This document shows, piece by piece, positions 16,566 to 25,708 of a DNA stretch of 32,000 nt; the stretch's first letter is position 1, and each line of letters begins with the position of its first letter. The stretch lies in NCBI GenBank assembly GCA_963705375.1, contig OY970071.1:390001-422000 (forward strand). The letters run 5' to 3'. Source of the stretch: Candidatus Saccharimonadota bacterium (GTDB taxonomy: Archaea > Micrarchaeota > Micrarchaeia > Micrarchaeales > Micrarchaeaceae). The translations under genes and the position numbers were made by a program. The notes beneath the pieces are model-generated. The model saw only the letters and a list, made by a program, of their open reading frames with translations. It was not told where the DNA came from and searched no databases.

Positions 16566-18425
16566 TTAGGTCTTTGACGTTTCCATGTTGGACGCACGTG
16601 CGGCTTTCATGAAAGCGGCTATTCTTTTCGCACAGTCATCGCTTTCCTCCACTTGCACGAAGTTTGCTATGATCGATTTGTATGTGCGCCAAGAGTACCT
16701 GCGGTCCATTAAGACTATGAAAGCGCGGTCGGTCTCGCTTCTAATAGCTCTGCCTGCAGCCTGCACAGCTTTCACCACGCCAGGTATCAGGTATGCGTAC
16801 TCTCTTCCTTTCATGCGGAACCGCTTGTCAAGATAGTCGGTTTTTGCCATGAGCTCAAGGCTCGGCTTTTCCAAGGGTATTCCGACGATGATTATGCCCT
16901 TTATGATGTTGTTAGGATAGTCTATGCCTTCGCTGAGGCTACCGCCCATCACAGCGAAGAGCAGGTTGTTCTCGCCCTCCTTGAATCCGCTGATCATATG
17001 CTCTACCTGGAAGCTACCCATCCCGCTCTTTTGAACGAACTTCACTTCGTAGCGCATGTGCCTGCGCACAGAATTGAGCACTTCGAAGCTTGGGAAGAAC
17101 ACTGCAACATTCCCGGCCACGTTCGCAACTATGTCAGTGATATTCTGAGCGATCTGTTTGTATTGTGCCAGCGTTCTGTGCGTGTACTCGGTAGAAACGC
17201 TGCGGTCTATCAGGCATAGTTTGTTTTCCTTTGGGAACGGGGATTGATAGTTTGCAGAGACTGCATCTGGAAAGCAGAGGAGCTCCTTGTGCATATCGAG
17301 CGGCAGCAGAGTGCCGCTCATGAACACGTTCGCATACGCATCTTTCATCGCAATTATCGCATCGGCAGGGTACAGGCAGACACTTGACAGCCTAAGGTCT
17401 TTCCCGCGCCTTGACAATATGATAACATTAGAATCGCCCTGTGACGACATGGACCTTATGAACCTCGAGATCTGCATCAGCGCAGACCTTTTTGCTTTCG
17501 CGCTGTTGATGTACTCCATGCCGGCATCATCGAGCTGCGCGCATATCTCGTCAGTGTTTTCAGGGATTAGCCGCGGCATGTCTTTCTTTTCGATGAACAC
17601 CTCAGAGACATTTGGATTTTTGAGTTTTGAATCCGACAGGGACTTCATAAGATAGTCAAGATATCCAAGATCCATGCTGCTGTTTATCGAAGAGACTTCT
17701 TTTGCTGCGCGCTCCACCAGTTGAGTGCTGAGCGAAGTGCCGAGATAGGATGACGCGGTATTGATTATGTTGTGGGCTTCGTCCCATATCAGTATGGCTC
17801 CTTTGATCGGATGCCCTATCTTGTTTGCAAATGCCTTTAGCGTGAAAGGATTCAGCACATGAGCATAGTCTGCTATGATGAAATCGGCCTCTTTGGCTAT
17901 TTTCGTAGACACCTCGTATGCGCACATGCCCTTGATTGACGATTCTGCGAACAGCGCGTTATGCCCCTCCATGCTGGCCTCGATGAGACGCCTGTCAATA
18001 GATTCGGCAGCCCTTGCCGCGTTGAGGTAGCTGCACTTCTTCCGCTCCATGAGCTTCTCGCAGCTCTTGTAGAAAGGCTCGCCCTCCATCAGGTTGACAT
18101 TCTCATTCACGCACAGGTTCTTCTTGCCAACAAGGTCGACATACTTTATGCCCCACTCGTACTTTTGCCGCAGGCCTGATAGCACCTCCACCGCGACCTT
18201 GTGCTGAGAGTTCTTAGGCGTTAGGAAGAATATCGGGATATCTTTGCCTGAAGCGAAAGCGATGCACGCGGATATCGATGCGTCAGTCTTGCCTATCCCT
18301 GTAGGCGCATTTATGAATATGCTCCTGCCTTCCGACAGTGCGGTGTGGATGTCAAGCATCATCGCGTCCTGCCCAGTCCGGGTCTTATTGAAACGGAAGG
18401 GAAAGCTTGGGGCAGAGGAGGGCAT
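16566..18425 (-). CDS. xpd: XPD/Rad3-family superfamily-2 DNA helicase with an Fe-S domain
   Basis: Motif I is NAPTGIGKT. Four Cys are spaced as in the XPD 4Fe-4S domain (LCVNE, YKSCEKL, KKCSY, GMCAYE). Motif II is IWDEAHNI, motif V is GGSLSEGIDYPN, and motif VI is QAAGRAIRSETDRAFIVLMDRRY. Confidence 0.85.
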   Translation of the reverse strand: MPSSAPSFPFRFNKTRTGQDAMMLDIHTALSEGRSIFINAPTGIGKTDASISACIAFASGKDIPIFFLTPKNSQHKVAVEVLSGLRQKYEWGIKYVDLVGKKNLCVNENVNLMEGEPFYKSCEKLMERKKCSYLNAARAAESIDRRLIEASMEGHNALFAESSIKGMCAYEVSTKIAKEADFIIADYAHVLNPFTLKAFANKIGHPIKGAILIWDEAHNIINTASSYLGTSLSTQLVERAAKEVSSINSSMDLGYLDYLMKSLSDSKLKNPNVSEVFIEKKDMPRLIPENTDEICAQLDDAGMEYINSAKAKRSALMQISRFIRSMSSQGDSNVIILSRRGKDLRLSSVCLYPADAIIAMKDAYANVFMSGTLLPLDMHKELLCFPDAVSANYQSPFPKENKLCLIDRSVSTEYTHRTLAQYKQIAQNITDIVANVAGNVAVFFPSFEVLNSVRRHMRYEVKFVQKSGMGSFQVEHMISGFKEGENNLLFAVMGGSLSEGIDYPNNIIKGIIIVGIPLEKPSLELMAKTDYLDKRFRMKGREYAYLIPGVVKAVQAAGRAIRSETDRAFIVLMDRRYSWRTYKSIIANFVQVEESDDCAKRIAAFMKAARASNMETSKT

Positions 18426-18530
18426 GGAGCAATTTGGAAGTGCATGCTTATTAGTCCTCTCATTCTACGGCACTGACGACAATAAAAGAGGCATGCATTT
18501 CGAATATCGTGGTGCTTTGACTGTGCGCAG

Positions 18531-19226
18531 CTACGTTCCGGCAATTCCGACAAGATCGGCGAGCCTTTCACAGTCCTCACAGCCCTGTGTGCCTTTTGGA
18601 GGGCTCTTCAGATCGTATATGCGTTCCGCCTTCTGCAGCAGTTCCAGCACCTCTTTGGTGTTCTTCCTGACCTTGTGCACCCTTGGCACGAAAGGCATCT
18701 CAAAGCCTTCTTCTGTAGTGTGTTCAAGATCCAGCTGATCGAAGCGCTCACGGTACGGCGGCTCAAAATAAACAAGGAACATATCGCGCACGGGCTTCAG
18801 GCCGATGCTTTCTGCTATCAATGCATAGCCGTTGAGCTGTATCTCATACACGGGCATGAGCGCGTCCTGCGTGCCGGTGTACCTCGCAGTCTTGTAATCG
18901 AGTATGATGTAGCTGTCGTCGTTCCTCTGGAACACCGCATCGGGAATGCCGGTCAGAGTTGCACCGTCCACGATTGTCCTGAAGCTTGCGGGCTTTATGT
19001 CGATGCGCTTCTTGACTTCGCCGATTTCATCAAGCCAGATTGGAAGCTTGTTGTGCCTTTCTAGGTGCTTTGAGACTATGTGCTTAGTGTATGCGTCGAT
19101 GCTGGAGAATATGCCTGCAAAAGGAGTCTGGTATGGAAGGCGACGGTCATGGCGCTTTATCCAGAAGCAACGAGGGCAGAAGTCGCTTGTAGCAAGCCAC
19201 CCCAGGTCCTTCGCGGAAATCTGCAT
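18531..19226 (-). CDS. PD-(D/E)XK nuclease of the Cas4/RecB-like type, with N- and C-terminal CxxC pairs
   Basis: IPDAVFQRNDDSYIILDYKTA gives the D...D-x-K core, and YEIQLNGYALIAE is a Q-h-x-x-Y-like motif. The Cys pairs are FCPRCFW (N-terminal) and GCEDCERL (C-terminal). No CRISPR array or other cas gene is present in the window. Confidence 0.6.
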   Translation of the reverse strand: MQISAKDLGWLATSDFCPRCFWIKRHDRRLPYQTPFAGIFSSIDAYTKHIVSKHLERHNKLPIWLDEIGEVKKRIDIKPASFRTIVDGATLTGIPDAVFQRNDDSYIILDYKTARYTGTQDALMPVYEIQLNGYALIAESIGLKPVRDMFLVYFEPPYRERFDQLDLEHTTEEGFEMPFVPRVHKVRKNTKEVLELLQKAERIYDLKSPPKGTQGCEDCERLADLVGIAGT

Positions 19227-19311
19227 GTTGAAAGATGTACGCTGCCTCTTTTAATTATTTGCCTAGAGTATACGGAAAATGCATGCGAAACGTGTACACG
19301 GTGTGCGCGAT

Positions 19312-19749
19312 TCACACGTCGAGAACTGCGCTTGCTTCAAAATGCCCTTTTATTTTGGTTATGTGCAGGTCATATTTCGAAACGCCCTTGACGTCAAGCT
19401 TCGCAACAGCAACAGTCTCCTTCCGGCACAATACGGCCGCAGCAAGCGCATAGCCCTTTTTTGTTTCCTTTATGCTCAGCCGCGACACGCCATACGCAAA
19501 GGCACCCTTGGCAGACGCTATCGACAGGGCGTCCTGCAGTACCCGCCACAGCAGGTCGTCGATGTCTCCGGACGCGTCTTTCAGTGAAAATTTGATTTGG
19601 CAGGATCTCTGCGTAGCAAGCTTTCTGATATCAGCAGCGGTGTCGAACATCGCAAGGAGCGCGTTTTCAAAAAGCTCGTCCATGCTTGCGCCATAAGCGA
19701 TGAACTCCACGTCTGCAGTGTGCTCGGTGTACCGGTACTTCCTGCGCAT
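19312..19749 (-). CDS. Archease
   Basis: The YRYTEHTADVEFIAYGASMDELFENALLAMFD N-terminus and the 145-aa length are characteristic of archease. Confidence 0.85.
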   Translation of the reverse strand: MRRKYRYTEHTADVEFIAYGASMDELFENALLAMFDTAADIRKLATQRSCQIKFSLKDASGDIDDLLWRVLQDALSIASAKGAFAYGVSRLSIKETKKGYALAAAVLCRKETVAVAKLDVKGVSKYDLHITKIKGHFEASAVLDV

Positions 19750-19869
19750 GCAGCCACTGCAACCTCTTATATGTTTTGCTTAATAATAGTTAGTGTCCAA
19801 TGAGGAAAAGAGTAACTGCTGAATGGTGATGACGTCCAAATCGGCTGAGGACAAACGTATGGTGCATGG

Positions 19870-21399
19870 ATGGAGTACAGAAAGACCGAGATCCTTGGAA
19901 TAGCATTGCTGTTAGTGACGTTCCTCTTTGCTTCGGTGAACTCGATTGCATTGAGCAGCCCGGCGGTGCTTGACACGGATCCCAGCACTTACGTGATAGT
20001 CGTAATGATGATGCTGTTCCTCTTCATGATCTTCTCATTGAAGGAGGACCTGAGATTCGAGTACAAAAAGGAGAACATAGCGTACTCGATAGCGATATTT
20101 GTTGCGTACATACTGATCTTGTCGTACGCAAGGGTTGCGCTCTCGACAGCGTTCGAGTCATACAGAGTCGATTCACTTCTTTTCCCCTTATTGCTAATGG
20201 CGATGATAACTGCGCTGTTCGGCCTTGATGGGATAAAAAAGATGAAGTATTTGGAGGCCTACGCAGTGTTTGCGTCGCCCCTTTTGTTGTTGCGGATCCT
20301 CTCACTTGATAATGCATTCGCACATGTTAATGCCGTGACAATATACAGCCTGCTGAAAGCGATAGGCATGCCTGTCTCTAATTCCGGATTGGTGATAAGC
20401 GCAGGGAATATATCCAGCATCACGATATCGACTACGTGCGTATCATTGGGGATTTTTGCTGCGTTCATAATGTTCATGATCCCCATAGCGTATCTTTATG
20501 AAGGCGATGCCAGGTCCAAGGCATTCTGGCTCTGTTCGGGATGCGCCCTTCTGCTCGTGCTCAACATTCTAAGGATGTTTGGCCTGTCCTTGATGTGGAT
20601 GTACTATGGGATAGGATCGGTGGAAAACCTGATCCATACCTTTGCCGGCCAGATGCTGTTCTACATCACAATAGTAGCCATGGTGTTGCTCGCTTACAAG
20701 TACGGGCTTTTCTTGAAGAAACCTAAGAATGGCAAAAACTCGAAGAGTAAGAAAAGAGAACATTTGCAGAAAAACCTGATAATTCCTGCGGCAGTCGTTA
20801 TTGCTTTTGGACTGGCGTCGTTTATCCTATCATCACAGTACAGCACCGCCGCGTACGCCCCGGCGATTTCCTTCGGCAGAAGCACAGCAAATCCCATCTT
20901 GAACATTACAGAGCTAAGAAGCCTGGAAGTGGCAAACACCAACATCGTGCAGACAGGCGCAATCAAAGTTGGCAGCATGTTTGTGCTCCAAGGCAACAGC
21001 ACAAACAGCTCCACGTATGTCATTGCAACCGATTTGCAGAGCCCTGCGCAAGGCAAAACGGTGGTCAGTTATGATTCCATCAGAGACGAACACGCGTACG
21101 TTCTGCGTAACGGCGTCACGCTAAGAAGCGCGTTGGTAAGATCAGGGAACTTAAGCTTCTACGTCAACTATTTTGCGCTTCCTTATAATTTAAGCAGCAA
21201 CTATACCTCGATCAACTATGAAATTTTCAGGCTGGCAAAGAACGGAAGTGTTCCTTCATGTGGCGCGCTGAACTCGACGTCAGTCGGGTTTGAGAATTAT
21301 TTTGAGTCCGTCATCTACAACACGATGCGCCTTGATTTCAACTACAGCAACAAAGGGATCATGTGTGAGAGTTATCGTGTGGCAAGCGTGATCAAATGA
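19870..21399 (+). CDS. Exosortase/archaeosortase-family protein with an additional C-terminal extracytoplasmic domain of about 190 aa
   Basis: Polytopic N-terminal 280 aa carrying the family triad in order and spacing: Cys190 (ITISTTCVSLG), Arg235 (LVLNILRMFG) and His256 (ENLIHTFAGQ). A basic loop follows (KKPKNGKNSKSKKRE), then one more TM helix and a sequon-rich soluble domain. Confidence 0.6.
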   Translation: MEYRKTEILGIALLLVTFLFASVNSIALSSPAVLDTDPSTYVIVVMMMLFLFMIFSLKEDLRFEYKKENIAYSIAIFVAYILILSYARVALSTAFESYRVDSLLFPLLLMAMITALFGLDGIKKMKYLEAYAVFASPLLLLRILSLDNAFAHVNAVTIYSLLKAIGMPVSNSGLVISAGNISSITISTTCVSLGIFAAFIMFMIPIAYLYEGDARSKAFWLCSGCALLLVLNILRMFGLSLMWMYYGIGSVENLIHTFAGQMLFYITIVAMVLLAYKYGLFLKKPKNGKNSKSKKREHLQKNLIIPAAVVIAFGLASFILSSQYSTAAYAPAISFGRSTANPILNITELRSLEVANTNIVQTGAIKVGSMFVLQGNSTNSSTYVIATDLQSPAQGKTVVSYDSIRDEHAYVLRNGVTLRSALVRSGNLSFYVNYFALPYNLSSNYTSINYEIFRLAKNGSVPSCGALNSTSVGFENYFESVIYNTMRLDFNYSNKGIMCESYRVASVIK

Positions 21400-22370
21400 A
21401 GTTTGTTTTTGATGCCGGTGTTATCGTTTATAAAGGCCTAGGCACACGGAGAGAGTACCTGTTCCTGAGGAACCCGAGCGGCTGGCTTGACACGCCTAAA
21501 GGACACATGGAAGAGGGCGAGAGCACAGAAGAAGCCGCACTGAGGGAGACGGAGGAAGAGGCAGGCATCAAGGTGAATCCTGACCCGTTCTTCCGGGACA
21601 GCGTAGAGTACTGGTACGCGGAAAAGGGAGAGCGAACAAAGAAGAGGGTCACATTCTTACTGGCAGAAGTCGCAAAGGACACCAAGATCAAAGTGTCCGA
21701 CGAGCACGTCGATTACGCATGGTTGGACTACGCCTCTTCTTTGAAGATGCTTTCGTTCAAAGACCAAAAGGAGCTCATTGCCAGAGTCGGCGAATACATC
21801 GACAGACTTGAAGAGGTGCGAAAACTTAACGAGGAATACCGTGCGTTGCCGGCAAAGCAGAAGGCATGGGACCTCAGCAGGAGCTTCGTGACTGGCGAGG
21901 GCCCCCTTAACGCGAAAATCATGTTTGTAGGACAAGCGCCCGGAAGGCAAGAGGACCAGCAGGGAAGGCCTTTCGTTGGAACGTGTGGAAAGCTTCTTGA
22001 CAGGATGATCGGGCTTGCGGGCCTGAGCAGGAAGAATGTGTACATCACCAGCGTAGTGCAATTCTTCCCGCCGAAGAACAGGATGCCGACAGAAGAAGAG
22101 GTTAACATGTGCAAGAGGTTCCTTCTAAAGCAGATAAAGATAGTGAACCCTGAACTGATTGTCCTTCTCGGAGCGCTTGCATCAAAGACGCTTGCGAACG
22201 TCGACAGTGTGACCAAGGATCACGGAAAACTCCTGAAGCATGACGGGCGTGACTATTTGGTGATGCTGCACCCTGCAGCGGCTGTCAGGCTCAAGAAGTT
22301 CGTGCCGGTGATGGAGGGAGACTTCAGGAAGTTGAAGAGCATTGTGCAGCCGGCTTCAAAGAATGCCTAG
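21396..22370 (+). CDS. Fusion protein: N-terminal Nudix hydrolase and C-terminal uracil-DNA glycosylase-superfamily domain
   Basis: The Nudix box is GHMEEGESTEEAALRETEEEAGI. The UDG-like motifs are KIMFVGQAPGRQEDQQGRPFVGTCGKLLDRMI and VMLHPAAAVR. The start overlaps the archaeosortase stop (ATGA at 21396-21399). Confidence 0.75.
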   Translation: MKFVFDAGVIVYKGLGTRREYLFLRNPSGWLDTPKGHMEEGESTEEAALRETEEEAGIKVNPDPFFRDSVEYWYAEKGERTKKRVTFLLAEVAKDTKIKVSDEHVDYAWLDYASSLKMLSFKDQKELIARVGEYIDRLEEVRKLNEEYRALPAKQKAWDLSRSFVTGEGPLNAKIMFVGQAPGRQEDQQGRPFVGTCGKLLDRMIGLAGLSRKNVYITSVVQFFPPKNRMPTEEEVNMCKRFLLKQIKIVNPELIVLLGALASKTLANVDSVTKDHGKLLKHDGRDYLVMLHPAAAVRLKKFVPVMEGDFRKLKSIVQPASKNA

Positions 22371-22499
22371 CACGGTACCGTACAAATGAGAAACGCTTGC
22401 TTTGTCCCATTAGTTCCTTTCAGGCTCAGACATATCCAATCAGTTGCGTGCAAGGCAAAGCACATTGTTAGAGGCACGCAATAATCATGCATTGAGGCA

Positions 22500-24053
22500 T
22501 TATTTTGTGTCGATCGAATCCGTGAGCAACTCTCTAACTTTTTCTATACCCACTGCGACTATGAGCTTGCCAAGCTTGGGACCGCTGTCTTTGCCTATGA
22601 GTGCACCATATATGGTTTTGAAGAGATCTTCAGACTTTATCTGGCTGTCCTTTGCAACCTCGTATATGAGATTATGGACCTCCAGTTCGCTCATGTTAGG
22701 GGCCAGTCGTTTAATGAAGTCCGTTACTGCCGCTATGTTCTCTGTCACTTTGCTTTGCTTTAGAGAGAAGTTGTACCTCTCCGGAGCATAGCCTCTTGCT
22801 ATCCATTTCTCAATATAACCTGACAAGTACTTTACTCCGTTCTCATCCTGCAGCTTCTTGCCTACTTTTTCCCAGTCTTTGTAGATCTGGTAGTTCAGCA
22901 GCATGTCAGTGAAAGAAGAACTCCAAGAAAGAGTCTTTATGGCTATCTTAAAAGCAAGAAAACGCTTTTCGTCTGCCCTGTTCTCAGGCTTGCTTATGCT
23001 ATTCATACGCTCTACTTCATTGTAGAGCAGCATCAGTTTTTCGCCTGTAGGATCGATGTCTTTGTCCTGCTCGAGATTGGGCTCTATCAGAGCATACTTC
23101 AATAGTTCTGGAGGGACTAGTTCGCTTAATTCGATTGCACTCAGCCCTATTCCTTTTGACTTTGAATATTTCTTCCCTTTTAGGAACACAAAGCCGTATT
23201 TGAATAATATTGGCGGCTCTCTGTTCAGTATCTCCCGGTGTATCGCTTCTGCGGTTGTTGCACTACCCCCTTTTGTCATATGGTCTATGCCACTCCCCTC
23301 GACACTTGAATTGAACAAAGCCTGCCAGGCAGGCCAGTGAAGCCTCCACTGAAGCTTGTATTTATGGTCAGCGATCCTTGCCCTTCCTTTATAACCGCAC
23401 CCTTTCGTGTATTCCACATTCTTATCGCAAGCATAATCGTATTCTTCATCGTTATGCCCGGTCACCCTCGTGGTTGCTATCTTCCCACAATCCTCGCATA
23501 TGGGCATTATCGGACTCCAGTCCTTAAGTTCCTCTATCTTCCTCATGGAAGTTCTTGCAACCACCTCCTTCACTTTTTCTTCTTGGCTCAAGAACAGCTT
23601 TGCGTAATAATCCATCCTGCCGCTATCGTACAGCTCGTTGGCCCTCACCACATTCATATTGAGAGAGAGCTTCTTCATCAGCACTATTGCCTGATCAAGA
23701 TAGTGCTCTCCAAAAGAGCTATGGCAGTTAAGGGGATCTTTTGCATAGACAAGCGGCTTGCCCAATTCTGGCTTAAGCACAGACTCGTATTTTTGCAGTT
23801 CAAAGGGCACTCCGTCAAATGCGTCAAGTATGTCACCAACGAAGTACATCTCGGCATTTCCCACTTTCTCCTCGATTATCTGCTTTAAAACACCAGGATA
23901 GAGAAATTCGCACACAGTACCTAGATGGGCAGGCCCGCTAGTGGTCATGCCACCGGTTATAACGAATGGTGCAGCCTTTCCTGTGATGACACGCTCGGCC
24001 AGCACTTCAGTCCAGTGCCTGCAGATTGCTGCTTCCTTAGATTGTTCCTCCAT
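22500..24053 (-). CDS. lysK: Lysine--tRNA ligase, class I
   Basis: HWTEVLAERVI, GGMTTSGPAHLGTVCEF (HIGH-type motif) and KKYSKSKGIG (KMSKS-type motif). Length and architecture fit class I LysRS. A TTTTATAAAG box lies about 25 nt upstream of the ATG. Confidence 0.9.
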   Translation of the reverse strand: MEEQSKEAAICRHWTEVLAERVITGKAAPFVITGGMTTSGPAHLGTVCEFLYPGVLKQIIEEKVGNAEMYFVGDILDAFDGVPFELQKYESVLKPELGKPLVYAKDPLNCHSSFGEHYLDQAIVLMKKLSLNMNVVRANELYDSGRMDYYAKLFLSQEEKVKEVVARTSMRKIEELKDWSPIMPICEDCGKIATTRVTGHNDEEYDYACDKNVEYTKGCGYKGRARIADHKYKLQWRLHWPAWQALFNSSVEGSGIDHMTKGGSATTAEAIHREILNREPPILFKYGFVFLKGKKYSKSKGIGLSAIELSELVPPELLKYALIEPNLEQDKDIDPTGEKLMLLYNEVERMNSISKPENRADEKRFLAFKIAIKTLSWSSSFTDMLLNYQIYKDWEKVGKKLQDENGVKYLSGYIEKWIARGYAPERYNFSLKQSKVTENIAAVTDFIKRLAPNMSELEVHNLIYEVAKDSQIKSEDLFKTIYGALIGKDSGPKLGKLIVAVGIEKVRELLTDSIDTK

Positions 24054-24123
24054 GATTTCACAGCCTGAACTTTATAAAATCAGTAGGAAGAATATAAAAT
24101 AGCTTGTCTGTCGGATAAATTAA

Positions 24124-24185
24124 TGCACATGCCAAACGCCGTGCATGTGCAGATAAATATAGAGGAGCCTGCTGTAGGCAGGCTC
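24124..24185 (-). terminator. Two perfect hairpins just downstream of the 24188-24733 gene
   Basis: GAGCCTGC (24165-24172) / GCAGGCTC (24178-24185) form a stem with a 5-nt loop starting 3 nt after the stop codon. TGCACATGC (24124-24132) / GCATGTGCA (24143-24151) form a second stem with a 10-nt loop. Confidence 0.35.
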
Positions 24186-24187
24186 AC

Positions 24188-24733
24188 TCACTGTGGGGGT
24201 GATATGATTAGCGGGTTAGTCGCTTTGCCAGCATCATATTTGTAATAGACCTTGTGTCCGAGCTGATAGCGTTCGAGAAGGCCCTGCTTGTAGAGCTTGT
24301 TCAGCCTTGCGCTAGCAGCGTTCCTGCCTCTGTAGTTCATGGTCTTCTGTATGTCTTCTGCGCATGCGATGTCCATCCTCTGCACAAACTGCATTATCTT
24401 TGCGTCAAGACTGGACAGAGGCACTGTTCCGCGAGGCAGCTGGACCATTTGCTGTGCATACGGTGATTCTGGCAGTTCATTCTCACTGCCGGCAGCAAGC
24501 TCGCCCTCTAGCCGTGACAAGCTCCCCACTATGCTGCTCAAGACCATAGTGGTCTTCTTGTTCTCGTCTATCATGTATTTTACAAGTGCGAAGAGGTTGG
24601 AGCTCGTGGCATCCGACTTTGTCTTCTCATCAACCATGGATTTCAGGCTGGTGTTTATGGTGCTCATCTCCTGGACTTGCTGCCTAAGATTTTGCAGCTC
24701 GACCTCAATCTCTTTTTTGGATTTCAGCACCAT
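24188..24733 (-). CDS. Coiled-coil protein with a C-terminal winged-helix DNA-binding-like domain (181 aa); putative transcription regulator
   Basis: The N-terminal heptad-like segment is EIEVELQNLRQQVQEMSTINTSLKSM. The C-terminal segment LSSLDAKIMQFVQRMDIACAEDIQKTMNYRGRNAASARLNKLYKQGLLERYQLGHKVYYKY resembles MarR/TrmB-type wHTH domains. Confidence 0.5.
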   Translation of the reverse strand: MVLKSKKEIEVELQNLRQQVQEMSTINTSLKSMVDEKTKSDATSSNLFALVKYMIDENKKTTMVLSSIVGSLSRLEGELAAGSENELPESPYAQQMVQLPRGTVPLSSLDAKIMQFVQRMDIACAEDIQKTMNYRGRNAASARLNKLYKQGLLERYQLGHKVYYKYDAGKATNPLIISPPQ

Positions 24734-24842
24734 ACGGCAACACCATCATGATCCATCCACACAACAATCATGAAAGAATCACGACTTTATAGTGAATATG
24801 TAAGTATTTAAACCTTTCTTATTTGCGGAACAAAACGACCTA

Positions 24843-25598
24843 TCACAGTTTCTTCCTGTCGAGCAGAATACGACTTTCTTCCTTTGTGAACGCGACTATG
24901 TTGCGCTCCTCTTTCGCAGCTAGGTTAGCTATCCGGTGCTCCTCTTTCACAGCGAAATCGGCAGCGGCATGCTCCTCATTGACTGCGAATGCAAGTATGT
25001 TGCTCCGTTCATAGAAGGGCACGAACATCAGGAGGAAGGCGACGAGCCCCATGGCATGAACAACATAGCTAGATGTAGTAAAGAAGGATATCGCGGTAAG
25101 GAACGCAAGAAGCAGCACCAAGGTGTAGATGACCATGAACATGAATCCACTGTACAGGTGCTCTATTCGCTCCTTTCTTGCAATGTATACCTCGAGAGAT
25201 ATGATAAATGCTATTATGAAAGACAGAGTTATTATCGATGTGCCGAGTGAGATGCCATAATCAGAATACCCCACATAGTAGAGCATCGAGCCTATCGATT
25301 TGACATAGCTGGCCGCGACGCTCATTATGAACACGGATCTCAGATTGCATTTCTTCTGGAATGCCTTATTGAAATTCTTAAGGTAGAAACCGAGGAGGAA
25401 TATCAGTACTGCAGGAAAGTAGAGAGAGTATAGAAGCTTCCCATCAGTTGACACGTTGAAAGGAGAAGATATGAAGAGCGCAAGTCCAGGATTGATGTTG
25501 ATGTGAATGTATGCGAGAGTCCCGTTGAAGTAGTATGTGAAGAATATGCCAAGTGCAAGGAAGATGAGACTTGCCAAGAGTGGCTTCAACAGCTTCAT
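24843..25598 (-). CDS. Polytopic membrane protein (251 aa, about 6 TM helices) with a C-terminal cytoplasmic tail of 10-11-aa acidic repeats
   Basis: Hydrophobic helices run throughout. The tail reads AFAVNEEHAA / ADFAVKEEHRI / ANLAAKEERNIV / AFTKEESRILL. Confidence 0.55.
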   Translation of the reverse strand: MKLLKPLLASLIFLALGIFFTYYFNGTLAYIHININPGLALFISSPFNVSTDGKLLYSLYFPAVLIFLLGFYLKNFNKAFQKKCNLRSVFIMSVAASYVKSIGSMLYYVGYSDYGISLGTSIITLSFIIAFIISLEVYIARKERIEHLYSGFMFMVIYTLVLLLAFLTAISFFTTSSYVVHAMGLVAFLLMFVPFYERSNILAFAVNEEHAAADFAVKEEHRIANLAAKEERNIVAFTKEESRILLDRKKL

Positions 25599-25708
25599 GA
25601 CAACCTCTATCTTCTTGCATTTGTGAATTTAAAGCCTTCTCTTCATGACTTGAAGGATAATAGAAGGTAGAACCGATCTTTTATTCTATCATGTTTCTTC
25701 CAATACAG

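Noticed and set aside
24843-25598. Possible rhomboid-type intramembrane protease (GISLGTS and VHAMGLV resemble the GxSG and HxxG helices)
   Set aside because: The resemblance rests on two short motifs only. The TM2 H/N signature and the usual Ser-His spacing are not evident, so this is left as an uncharacterised membrane protein.
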